This document shows, one piece after another, positions 29,719-40,711 of a stretch of 64,000 bases of DNA. Made by a program: the position numbers and the translations under genes. The notes under the pieces are model-generated. The model had not been told where the DNA came from. It saw nothing but the letters and a program-made list of their open reading frames with translations, and did no database searches. The stretch comes from an uncultured delta proteobacterium (GTDB lineage Bacteria > Desulfobacterota > Binatia > UBA9968): assembly GCA_963760795.1 (NCBI GenBank), contig CAVXEP010000022.1, forward strand, positions 32,001-96,000, read 5' to 3'. Each line of letters starts with the position of its first letter. The first letter of the stretch is position 1.

Positions 29719-29795
29719 TGGTGGGCCCACCTGGACTCGAACCAGGGACCAACCGGTTATGAGCCGGTGGCTCTAACCAACTGAGCTATGGGCCC
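29719..29795 (-). tRNA. tRNA with CAT anticodon, most likely tRNA-Ile2 (lysidine-modified)
   Basis: Reverse complement GGGCCCATAGCTCAGTTGGTTAGAGCCACCGGCT-CAT-AACCGGTTGGTCCCTGGTTCGAGTCCAGGTGGGCCCACCA. It lies downstream of rpoD, as ileX does in E. coli. Confidence 0.92.
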
Positions 29796-29857
29796 GTATC
29801 GATAGAGTCTTGAGTCTGGCGTTGAGAGCCTGGAGTGATATCCGAGAAAACCCGCGG

Positions 29858-31729
<1,872 letters not shown>

Positions 31730-33469
31730 TCTAGTATCCTTTCTCTCTTAGCAATATCATCACGTTTCTCTTCAGCGGCGCGTATGGCAATGCGCAAATC
31801 GCGCTCTTGGGTCTTTAAGTATTTGCGCTGTAAGTGGGTCAAGCAATCGCCGGCCATCTTGGCGCACTCGGCATCGGACGCGGTTCTCGGCTTCCAACAC
31901 CAAGGCGGCAAACTCGCTGACCAGCTCAGCCGGCAACTTCTGGGTGATCGCACCGATGTCGATGTTCCCTGTTTCTTGCCATTCCAAGATGATCGCGTCA
32001 ATCACCGGGCGCCATTTGTCGCTAAAACAACGGCGCACGCGCGTATCTTGGGCTAATTTTTCAAGTAACATCGGCACGCGCAGCACCAATCCGACCAGCG
32101 CGCGCTCGGCGACATCGTCGCGGCTTTCGCTCGGCGCCGGCGCCGCACTGGGAACCGGACGGGTTGGCTGCGCCAGCCGCGCATTCGAACTCGTCACTGG
32201 ACGGCGCAGCAGTTCCTCGCGAACACCCAGGTCCGCCGCCCGGCGAATCAACAGATCGACTTCGAATGGATTGGTCACCTTAGCGAGCAACCGGCCAATC
32301 TCACTGGCGGTTTGGCTCTTACCTTCGATGGTGCTGCCGTGGCGCCGCTGCAGCCAGGAAAAATAAAAATCGGCCAGAGGCACCGCTTGATCGAGCAGCT
32401 TCTCCACGGCGTCCTTGCCTTGCCGGCGGACGAAGGTATCCGGATCCTCGTCTTTGGGCAAAAACGCCGCGCGGCCGAGCAAACCGGCTTCGACGAAAAT
32501 CTCAAAACTGCGCGCCGCCGCATTGAGCCCGGCATCGTCGCCATCGAATAGTGCGATAATATTCTTGGTGTAACGCGAAAGCGCGCGCACATGTTCGACG
32601 CTCAGCGCCGTGCCCAAAGTCGCCACCGCGTAACCGATGCCATGCTGCGCCAGTGCGATCACGTCGAGGTAACCCTCGACCACGACAACCCGGTCGGCCT
32701 GGCGGATGCCCTCCTTGGCCTGGTATAGACCGTAAACCGTCGAACCCTTGTGAAACAGCGGCGTCTCGCTCGAGTTCAGATACTTCGGCATCCCCTGATC
32801 CATCACCCGGCCGCCGAAGCCGACGATCTTGCCCGCCGCGTTGGCGATGGGAAACATCACTCTGGCAAAAAACTTCTCGTAATACTGTTGCGGGTTGCGC
32901 TGGCCGACCAGACCCAACTTGATCGCGTCGGCCAACGCTAAACTTTCTTTCTTGACCAGACCGACCAGTCCCGAACCGCCCTGGGGTGCGAAGCCCAGCA
33001 TGAATTTGCGCGCGATCGCATCCTCGACGCCGCGCCGCTTGAGATACTCAAGCGCAGCCTTGCCCTCGAGATGATCGAACAAAATGCGCTGATAGTTGGC
33101 CGCGGCGCGCTCGTTGATGCGGAAAAGATTTTCACGCTCGCCCAGGTCGCGCTGATAATGACCCGCGTCCGATCGTTCGATGACGATGCCGTAGCGTTTG
33201 GCCACCTGCTCCACCGCTTCGGGGAAGCTCTGGTGATCGTACTCCATGAGAAACTGAAACACGCTGCCGCCGGCGTGGCAGCCAAAGCAATGATAGATCC
33301 CCTTCTCTTCGTTGACCGTGAACGACGGCGTCTTCTCACCGTGGAACGGACAAAGTCCCATGTGATTGCGGCCGGCTTTCTTGAGCGTGACGTAGTCGGA
33401 GATCACTTCGACAATCGATGCGCGATTGCGAATTTCGGCGATTTTGTCCTGACTAATCATGGCTAGAAA

Positions 33470-33997
33470 CTAGATCGCCTGCCGCCCTGCGCCCGGCGCG
33501 GCGCCAGCGCCGCTGAAGATTCGCTCCTTACCCGCCTTGATCAAACTTTCCCCCAGCTGAGACAGTGGCGGCACCAAATAGGCACTTGCAAGCGAGTCAC
33601 GGGTGGGCTGGGAAAGCAATGAAGATGAACTTAACAAAAAGATGGCCAGCGCCGCCAGGGCCGCACCCTTACCGACACCGATGGCGATGCCGCCAGCACG
33701 ATTGACGGTTTTCAGAAACAACATTTTTTCCGAACGGTGCAACAGCCAACCGGCCAAGCTAAAGCCGAAATAAATCACAAAAAAGATCGCGACAAAACCC
33801 GCACCCTTGAGCATTATCGGCGCAAACTTCCAATGCTGCGCGGCGTACTGCGCCGCCACACCGCCGTAGCGAGCGGCAACCAGGAAACCGACAATGAATC
33901 CGGCCAGTGATAATATTTCACGGAAGAGACCTCTGAAGAAACCACGCAAGCCAAAAATTCCAAAGACGGCGAGCAGAATCAAATCGACCCAATTCAC
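33470..33997 (-). CDS. cvpA: CvpA family membrane protein
   Basis: 'MNWVDLILL...GFFRGLFREILSLAG', 'NRAGG.AIG..KG'. Confidence 0.85.
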   Translation of the reverse strand: MNWVDLILLAVFGIFGLRGFFRGLFREILSLAGFIVGFLVAARYGGVAAQYAAQHWKFAPIMLKGAGFVAIFFVIYFGFSLAGWLLHRSEKMLFLKTVNRAGGIAIGVGKGAALAALAIFLLSSSSLLSQPTRDSLASAYLVPPLSQLGESLIKAGKERIFSGAGAAPGAGRQAI

Positions 33998-34162
33998 CAG
34001 CTGCCACCCATTTGCGATGGCGGCGCCGACTCTCGATCGTACACACCGCTCGCCACATTCGCACAGTCGATATCTTCTACGGCAAACTGCGGATCCGGTC
34101 GCATCGGGTTGGATCGCTCAAGCATTCGATGACCCGAGGGATCGATCCCCTGTCTCAATATC

Positions 34163-34609
34163 CTAACCGCCCAGCAACGCCTTGGTAAGATCGCTAACCC
34201 GCTTGCCGTCGCTGCGTCCCGCCACCTTGGGCATCACTAGCTTCATAATTTTCCCCAGGTCGGCAAGCCCACTAGCGCCGGCCTCTTCGATACTCGCTTG
34301 GATTGCCAACTTGATCTCTTCGTCGGTAAGTTGTTGCGGGAGAAACCCCTTGAGGATCGCGAGCTCGGCTTCTTCTCTGGCCGCCAGCTCCTCGCGCCCG
34401 CCCTTTCGATACAATTCAATCGCTTCGCCGCGCTGCTTGCATAAAGTGCCGATAATCTTCTGAATCTCATCGGCGCTGAGCGCCCGGCGCAGGCGGATCT
34501 CTTCGTTCTGCAGCGCCGCCAACAACAAGCGCAGAGTAGAGAGCGTCACCGTGTCGCCGCTTTTCATGGCGGCTTTCACGGCTTGTTGAATCTCCACTTT
34601 CAATTCCAT
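34163..34609 (-). CDS. GatB/YqeY domain protein
   Basis: 'KAAMKSGD...LRLL', 'KQRGEAIELYRKGGR.ELA..E..E..IL..FLPQQL', 'GRSDG'. Confidence 0.9.
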   Translation of the reverse strand: MELKVEIQQAVKAAMKSGDTVTLSTLRLLLAALQNEEIRLRRALSADEIQKIIGTLCKQRGEAIELYRKGGREELAAREEAELAILKGFLPQQLTDEEIKLAIQASIEEAGASGLADLGKIMKLVMPKVAGRSDGKRVSDLTKALLGG

Positions 34610-34636
34610 CGCTGTGTCTGGCTTTCGATGTCGCAC

Positions 34637-34831
34637 TTAAAACGCATGGCGCACGCGCCGCAGGGCACGTTTTTTCGCGGCAATCGCTTTTTTCTTACGT
34701 TTTACGCTAGGCTTCTCGTAATGTTCTCGTTTACGCAATTCGGCGAGGATGCCGGCTTTTTCGCATAGTTTTTTAAAGCGGCGGATGGCGCTTTCAATCG
34801 ACTCGTTATCTCGAACACGAACTCCGGTCAT
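34637..34831 (-). CDS. rpsU: 30S ribosomal protein S21
   Basis: '[34 protein letters not shown]'. Confidence 0.97.
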   Translation of the reverse strand: MTGVRVRDNESIESAIRRFKKLCEKAGILAELRKREHYEKPSVKRKKKAIAAKKRALRRVRHAF

Positions 34832-34880
34832 AGAAATGACTCACCCCCGATCCAGGCAGACCGCACATAAACCGGATTCA

Positions 34881-34908
34881 ATTTTAACTGATAAATCCTT
34901 CAAGTCAA
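34881..34908 (-). promoter_or_regulatory. Sigma70 promoter of the rpsU-yqeY-cvpA-dnaG-rpoD operon
   Basis: Minus strand TTGACT-16 bp-TAAAAT. Confidence 0.6.
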
Positions 34909-35024
34909 GTAAAACACTTTTAAATCTAACTGCTTGCATTAATTAGCGGAGGGCGAAACGGGGCTTTGAACAAGTGTTTTAGCGAGCGCTAGTAACTGGA
35001 CAAAAAGCCCCCACGTTTTGCCAA

Positions 35025-35756
35025 TCAAACAGCTCGGCCAATCAGGGATAGCTTTTCGGGATAGTCGGAAAAAATCCCCTGTACGCCCAAATCGACGAAC
35101 ATCTCGATCTCACGCCGATCGTTGACGGTCCAGACGTAGAGATCTAAGCCCGCTTGCCAAGCGCGGTGGCAAAATTCACGCTGCGCCAGCTGCTTTTGGA
35201 CATGGATCGACGTGGCGGTGAGCCGCTCGGCGGCGGCGATGGGGTCTTCCCGGCAGCCGGCTCCATGAATGACTCCGACGGCTGCCTCGGGCGCCAACTC
35301 CCGTACCCTGGCCAAGCTGCGGTAATCGAAAGACGAGATCACCGTCCGCTCCAAGTAATCGTAGTGGCTCAAGATGAACAGCAGCTTCAACTCGATGCCG
35401 GGCGGCGCACCGGCGGCGACTTTAATTTCCAGACATAGATCGACGTTGCCGGCAAAAATTTCCAGCGCCTCTTCCAGGGTCAAGATTTTCTCGCCGCGAA
35501 AGGCCGGCTTGCGCCACTTGCCGATGTCGAGGGCGCGCAATTGCGCCAGCGTCTTCTCATGAACTTTCCCGCGGGCACCGGTAGTACGCGCGAGCCGCTC
35601 ATCGTGGAACACTACCACATGGCCATCGGCGCTCAGTTGGCAGTCGAGCTCGATCATATCGGCGCCGGCGGCAATCGCATTTTCCAAGGCCGGCCGACTA
35701 TTTTCCGGGTAATGTCCCGAGGCGCCGCGGTGGGCAATTTTCTTGAACGATGGCAT
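35025..35756 (-). CDS. Glycerophosphodiester phosphodiesterase
   Basis: 'IAHRGASG..PEN', 'IELD..LS.DG..VVFHD', 'EIK', 'WTVND', 'SDYP'. Confidence 0.92.
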   Translation of the reverse strand: MPSFKKIAHRGASGHYPENSRPALENAIAAGADMIELDCQLSADGHVVVFHDERLARTTGARGKVHEKTLAQLRALDIGKWRKPAFRGEKILTLEEALEIFAGNVDLCLEIKVAAGAPPGIELKLLFILSHYDYLERTVISSFDYRSLARVRELAPEAAVGVIHGAGCREDPIAAAERLTATSIHVQKQLAQREFCHRAWQAGLDLYVWTVNDRREIEMFVDLGVQGIFSDYPEKLSLIGRAV

Positions 35757-35836
35757 TGGATGGTTTTAGACTGCTGGGGATCCAAATATTACCTGCTAGA
35801 GCAAATTTTCCGCTCGTGTTCGGTAGGCAAACCCAA

Positions 35837-35905
35837 CTCACCACGAAGTTCACGAAGGACACGAAGGGTTCGGATGATCGAAGCTCCAACTTCGTGCGCT
35901 TCGTT
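35837..35905. repeat. Degenerate copy of the 9-nt periodic palindrome family
   Basis: TCACCACGAAGTTCACGAAGGACACGAAG ... CTTCGTGCGCTTCGT. Confidence 0.6.
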
Positions 35906-35971
35906 CAGGCAAAAACCGTCCGTTCTTCTTGGCTTGTGGCTGCGCCGCCCTAGGTACAGACGCGTGAAAAT

Positions 35972-36721
35972 TTAAACCGTCGCAAGCGAATTCATTTTAA
36001 GATGGAGCAGAAATTCTTTGTTGCCCTTGGGTCCCAAGAGCGGCGATTCGGTGACGGCCAGGACCCGATAGCCGCAGTCGACCGCTGCTAGAGATATTTC
36101 ATCGATGACCCGGTTGTGCTCTTCCGCCGAGCGCACCACGCCGCCTTTGCCGACTTTGCCCTTGCCCACTTCGAACTGTGGCTTGATCAGCGCCACGACA
36201 GTCCCTTCTGAGGCAATAAGCGAATGTACTTTCGGCAGGATCAATTTGAGCGAAATAAACGAGGCATCGATGGTCGCGAGTGCCGGGATGAACGGCAGAC
36301 GAGCCGGCTCCAGATACCGGATGTTGGTTTTTTCGAGAACCACGACGCGCGGGTCGTTGCGCAGTTTCCAATCGAGTTGGCCATAACCGACATCCACCGC
36401 GATGACCTTGGCGGCGCCATGAACGAGCAGACAATCGGTGAAGCCGCCGGTGGAAGCACCGATGTCGATGGCACTTTTGCCGGCGACCTCAATGGCAAAC
36501 TCGCGCAACGCCTTCTCCAGTTTGACGCCGCCGCGGCTGACATAGGGAGGCGCGGCTTTAACCGTGATCGGCGCCGCGCGGTCGATCAAGTTACCCGCTT
36601 TAGTGACCGGTTGCCGATTGACTAGAACCTCGCCGGCGAGAATGCGCCGCCGCCCCTCTTCCCGGCTCGCCACCAGTTGGCGCTCGACCAAGAGCAAGTC
36701 TAAGCGCTGCCTCTTTCCCAT
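35972..36721 (-). CDS. tlyA: TlyA family rRNA methyltransferase
   Basis: S4 'RLDLLLV', 'YVSRGGVKL', 'DIGASTGGFTDCL', 'DASFISL', 'LIKPQFE', 'GPKGNKEF'. Confidence 0.95.
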   Translation of the reverse strand: MGKRQRLDLLLVERQLVASREEGRRRILAGEVLVNRQPVTKAGNLIDRAAPITVKAAPPYVSRGGVKLEKALREFAIEVAGKSAIDIGASTGGFTDCLLVHGAAKVIAVDVGYGQLDWKLRNDPRVVVLEKTNIRYLEPARLPFIPALATIDASFISLKLILPKVHSLIASEGTVVALIKPQFEVGKGKVGKGGVVRSAEEHNRVIDEISLAAVDCGYRVLAVTESPLLGPKGNKEFLLHLKMNSLATV

Positions 36722-38616
36722 CCCTCTCTAATTTTCTTCTTGGCACGGCGCATCATCTGCAAGGCCGCCTGAGCGATGGCATCTTTGTCGAAGCCACAGA
36801 TTTTCTTGAGCTCCTCCTGGGTGCCATGGGGAATGAATCGATCCGGCACACCGAGCCGTTTGACATCCACACCGGTAATGCCGTCGTCCGCGAGAAATTC
36901 CACCAGCGCGCTGCCGAAACCGCCGCTGATCGCATGATCTTCGACAGTGATAAGCCGCGGCACTTTGGTCAGTAGATCGCGAAACAGGTTTTCATCCAGC
37001 GGTTTGACGAAGCGTGCATTGACCACCGCCGCGTTGATACCCAGGGGGGCCAAATCTTGCGCGGCTCTAAGCGCCGGAATCGCCGTGTTGCCGATGGCGG
37101 CGATGACCAGATCGGTGCCGCCGCGCAGTAGTTCCGCTTTGCCGATCTTCACACTGTGCATCTGTTCGTCGAGCGCGACATCCCAACCTTCACCGCGCGG
37201 ATAACGCAATGAAATCGGCCCCGAATGCTCGATGGCAGTCTTGAGCATATGCTGCAACTCGTTTTCATCCTTGGGCGCCATGATGACCATGTTGGGGATC
37301 GAACGCAGATAAGCAAAATCGAAAACCCCGTGGTGTGTCGGCCCGTCAGCGCCGACCAAACCGCCGCGGTCAAGCGCCAACACCACATGAAGATTCTGCA
37401 CGCAAACATCGTGGAGAATCTCGTCGTAGCCGCGCTGTAGAAAAGTCGAATAGATCGCCACCACCGGGACATAACCCTCGGTCGCCATGCCGGCGGCGAA
37501 CGTGACCGCATGCTGTTCGGCGATGCCGACATCGTAGGTGCGCTCCGGCAACTCGCGCTGCAACTTATCGATGCCGGTACCGCTGCCCATTGCCGCGGTG
37601 ATGCCGACTATCTTGGGATTTTCCTTGGCCAGGCGAACCAGCGCTTTGCCGAAAACCTCTGTGTAGCTCGGCACCGGACTCTTGTCTTTTTTAGCTTTCC
37701 CGGTCAATACGTGAAATGGCGTAACGCCGTGAAACTTGATCGGGTCCTGCTCCGCCAGTGCGAAGCCTTTGCCCTTTTTGGTCAGGACATGAACCAAGGT
37801 CGGTCCCTCGACCTTTTTGATATTTTCCAAAGTCGCGATCATCGCGCCGATATCATGACCATCGATGGGACCGACATACTGAAAACCCAAGCTCTCGAAG
37901 AGAAATCCCGGCGTGACCAAGCTCAAAAATGAATCGCGAATCTTGCGCGCCGCGTATTTGATTTGCTCGCCGCTGGGCAAACTCTTAAGCAAACTTGAAA
38001 GATTTTTTTGCAGCCGTAGACCCAGATCGGTGGTAAACTGCCGGCTCAAGAACGACGACACCGCGCCCACCCGCGGATCGATAAAGTGCTCGTTGTCGTT
38101 GAGAACAACGATCAAGTCCCGGTCCAGATGACCGGCCGAGTTGAGTCCTTCGTAGGTCAATCCCGCACTCAAACCGCCATCGCTGATCACCGCGACGACT
38201 TTACGTTTGCCGCCGGCCAGCGCGTTGGCCTCGACCATACCGAGCGCCGCGGAGATCGATGTGCCGGCATGACCGGCGCCAAAGGTGTCGTATTCGCTTT
38301 CTTCGCGCGAGAGAAAGCCGCTCAGACCGCCCAACTGGCGGATCGTCGCCAAGCGATCGCGCCGGCCGCAGATGAGTTTATGGGCGTAGGTTTGGTGGCC
38401 GGTGTCCCAAACGATGCGGTCTTCCGGCGTATTGAAAACGTAATGCAGCGCCAGTGTCAGCTCCACCGCGCCCAAAGTTGAAGCGAAGTGGCCGCCCACT
38501 TCCGACACCACCGAGATCACTTCTTCGCGGATCTCCTGGGCCAACCGTGGCAACTCGTCGATCCTGAGTTTGCGCATGTCGCGCGGATATTCGATACCGT
38601 CAAGCAATCGCGCCAT
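36700..38616 (-). CDS. dxs: 1-deoxy-D-xylulose-5-phosphate synthase
   Basis: 'GGHFASTLGAVELT', 'WDTGHQTYAHK', 'YVGPIDGHD', 'DVGIAEQHAV', 'DRGGLVGADGPTHHG'. Confidence 0.97.
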   Translation of the reverse strand: MARLLDGIEYPRDMRKLRIDELPRLAQEIREEVISVVSEVGGHFASTLGAVELTLALHYVFNTPEDRIVWDTGHQTYAHKLICGRRDRLATIRQLGGLSGFLSREESEYDTFGAGHAGTSISAALGMVEANALAGGKRKVVAVISDGGLSAGLTYEGLNSAGHLDRDLIVVLNDNEHFIDPRVGAVSSFLSRQFTTDLGLRLQKNLSSLLKSLPSGEQIKYAARKIRDSFLSLVTPGFLFESLGFQYVGPIDGHDIGAMIATLENIKKVEGPTLVHVLTKKGKGFALAEQDPIKFHGVTPFHVLTGKAKKDKSPVPSYTEVFGKALVRLAKENPKIVGITAAMGSGTGIDKLQRELPERTYDVGIAEQHAVTFAAGMATEGYVPVVAIYSTFLQRGYDEILHDVCVQNLHVVLALDRGGLVGADGPTHHGVFDFAYLRSIPNMVIMAPKDENELQHMLKTAIEHSGPISLRYPRGEGWDVALDEQMHSVKIGKAELLRGGTDLVIAAIGNTAIPALRAAQDLAPLGINAAVVNARFVKPLDENLFRDLLTKVPRLITVEDHAISGGFGSALVEFLADDGITGVDVKRLGVPDRFIPHGTQEELKKICGFDKDAIAQAALQMMRRAKKKIREGWERGSA

Positions 38617-38617
38617 A

Positions 38618-39595
38618 TTAGGATTGTATCTCCTTGGTTAGAACTTCGCCATTCATTTTCAACGCCCGAGCGACCACCTGCCGGGTAATCGCGCGCAACG
38701 GCTCGGCGCCGGCGCCGAAGGGCGCCAACTCGCGCAAACAATGCCGGCGTAACTCCTTGAGCCGTTGCTGCGCCGCGGCAATGCCGATCACCGACGGAAA
38801 TGTCGCTTTGTTCCACTCGCTGTGTCCTGATTCGGCACGCTCGCCAGGCGCGGTCTCGCCCAAGATATCGAGGATGTCATCGGCGATTTGAAAAGCCAAG
38901 CCGAGATACTCGCCGAAGCGCGCGATGCGCTTTAGCTCCGCCGGCTTGGCGCCGGCCACCTGCGCGCCCAAGCGCAGCGAAGCGCGGATCAACGCGCCGG
39001 TTTTGCGCACATGAATATATTCGACCACGCCGATGTCGACTTCGCGCCGCTCGGCCTCCAGATCGAACGCCTGACCGCCGACTAAGCCGGCGATGCCGAC
39101 GGCGTGCGAAAGTTCATGGACCAACTTGAGGACCAACTCGGCGGGTAGACACTTTAACACCCCGGGCGCCGACAGCACATGAAAGGCTTCGGTGAGCAGC
39201 CCGTCGCCGGCGAGCAGCGCGATGCCATCGCCAAAAACTTTGTGGTTGGTCGGTTCGCCGCGGCGTAGATCGTCGTTATCGAGGGCCGGCAGGTCGTCAT
39301 GAATCAGCGAATAGCCATGAATCATCTCGACAGCACAGGCAAACGGCAGGAGCGCCTTGCGCCGCCCCGCGAAGATCTCGCCGGCGGCCAGCACCAAGAT
39401 CGGCCGGATGCGCTTACCGCCGGGGAAAAGTCCGTAATGCATCGCTTTCCAAATGGTGCCGGATTGCTCCGCGTAGCGCTTCAAGTAACTTTCGAGAGCA
39501 CGGTCCACCGCCGCGGTGCGGGAACGCAGATAGGACTCCAGATCGAAGTTCGCGGCGCTGTGGTTTGCCTTTACGGCCAGGCCAGTTTCACTCAT
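38618..39595 (-). CDS. ispA: Farnesyl diphosphate synthase / polyprenyl synthetase
   Basis: 'GGKRIRP', FARM 'SLIHDDLPALDNDDLRRG', 'GQAFD', 'KTG', SARM 'FQIADDILD'. Adjacent to dxs. Confidence 0.92.
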   Translation of the reverse strand: MSETGLAVKANHSAANFDLESYLRSRTAAVDRALESYLKRYAEQSGTIWKAMHYGLFPGGKRIRPILVLAAGEIFAGRRKALLPFACAVEMIHGYSLIHDDLPALDNDDLRRGEPTNHKVFGDGIALLAGDGLLTEAFHVLSAPGVLKCLPAELVLKLVHELSHAVGIAGLVGGQAFDLEAERREVDIGVVEYIHVRKTGALIRASLRLGAQVAGAKPAELKRIARFGEYLGLAFQIADDILDILGETAPGERAESGHSEWNKATFPSVIGIAAAQQRLKELRRHCLRELAPFGAGAEPLRAITRQVVARALKMNGEVLTKEIQS

Positions 39596-39691
39596 TGAGA
39601 AAATCGCTTGAATCACCCAGACTGGGAGCAATTTAGCATCCACCGGCGCAAGTCTTCAAATCAAGCTGTGCAGTATTTGCCAAAATTGCGC

Positions 39692-40516
39692 CTAAAGTTT
39701 TTGCAGGTGAGCATTTTTTGCCGAATATCCGACTCGATCGTTGGCAGGCAAAGATACCCCGCAGGCGAACAAGCCGAGTAACAAGCCGCCAACTCCGGCG
39801 CCCACCGCGATCCAGTACTGATTGAGGATGCAAAATCCCAGGGGCAGTGCGAAGTTGACTCCATAGACCCACATGGCGAAATGCATCGAAGTCTTCGGTC
39901 GCGCCACCAGCTGGTTGAGAACGATAAACAGCACCAATCCAGTAACGCCCCAACCGAAAAGATTCATCCACGGCATACCATAGTAGCTCCCCGCTTCACC
40001 CCAGACCCAATAACTGGTTACCTTGCTCATCGCCGGGTCAAGCAGCAGATCCCAGGAAACCAACAAGACCGTAGCGAGCATGATCGCTATGACACCCGAA
40101 CGGTGCTGGCAGGCCATTGTCCAGCAAGCCCAACTCATGGTGAACCAACTGAGTGGAATCAACAGCGGCACGAGCTCGAACCACTTGGGACCGAGCAGGC
40201 TTGTATAGGAGTAAGGCCCGAACGGCACGCCCCAGCCGGTGCCCATGAGCTCGCTCGCCAAACTAACCGCATAGACGACGGCAAACGCGAATAACGCCGC
40301 GAGGCGATTTCTGAGCAAGGCGTCGGCTACCACGGCAAGACCGCCGAAAAGCATATTGCCGACGGCGAAACCGTGAAACGCCCAGGTAAAGAAACGCGCT
40401 TGGGGATCGACCTGCATCAAGAGATCGGGACGCGAAGTAAAAATACCATAACCCAACAAGCTCGCGACCACGATCAGCGCCTGTAAAACTAAAAAGCCCC
40501 ATGCTACGAAGTGCAT
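39692..40516 (-). CDS. cruF: Carotenoid 1,2-hydratase, CruF-type membrane protein
   Basis: 'SELMGT..GVPFGPYSYT..LGPK...VPLLIPLSWF', 'WDLLLDPAM', 'YYGMPWMNLFGW'. Located in the crt cluster. Confidence 0.85.
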   Translation of the reverse strand: MHFVAWGFLVLQALIVVASLLGYGIFTSRPDLLMQVDPQARFFTWAFHGFAVGNMLFGGLAVVADALLRNRLAALFAFAVVYAVSLASELMGTGWGVPFGPYSYTSLLGPKWFELVPLLIPLSWFTMSWACWTMACQHRSGVIAIMLATVLLVSWDLLLDPAMSKVTSYWVWGEAGSYYGMPWMNLFGWGVTGLVLFIVLNQLVARPKTSMHFAMWVYGVNFALPLGFCILNQYWIAVGAGVGGLLLGLFACGVSLPANDRVGYSAKNAHLQKL

Positions 40517-40711
40517 CGTCGCTCCTCCATTTGAATTTGAACACTCATCAATCACAAGCAGCGGGCCGCAGACACACCGCGCTAACCAACGAATCGAGGA
40601 TCCGCTGCCGCCGGCTCAATAGCGCGATCGCCAACGATAGCACCCTCGGTCGGTACACTAAGCCACGATTTTGAGAATTGAGATCCATTATCTCTTTTTC
40701 GTAACTTCGCT

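Noticed and set aside
29719-29795. Calling the CAT-anticodon tRNA tRNA-Met
   Set aside because: It lacks initiator features (C1 mismatch, three consecutive G-C pairs in the anticodon stem), and its sequence and position after rpoD fit Ile2 better. Elongator Met cannot be fully excluded.
33994-34160. ~54-codon minus-strand ORF between yqeY and cvpA
   Set aside because: No family motif and a weak start; it cannot be supported as a gene.
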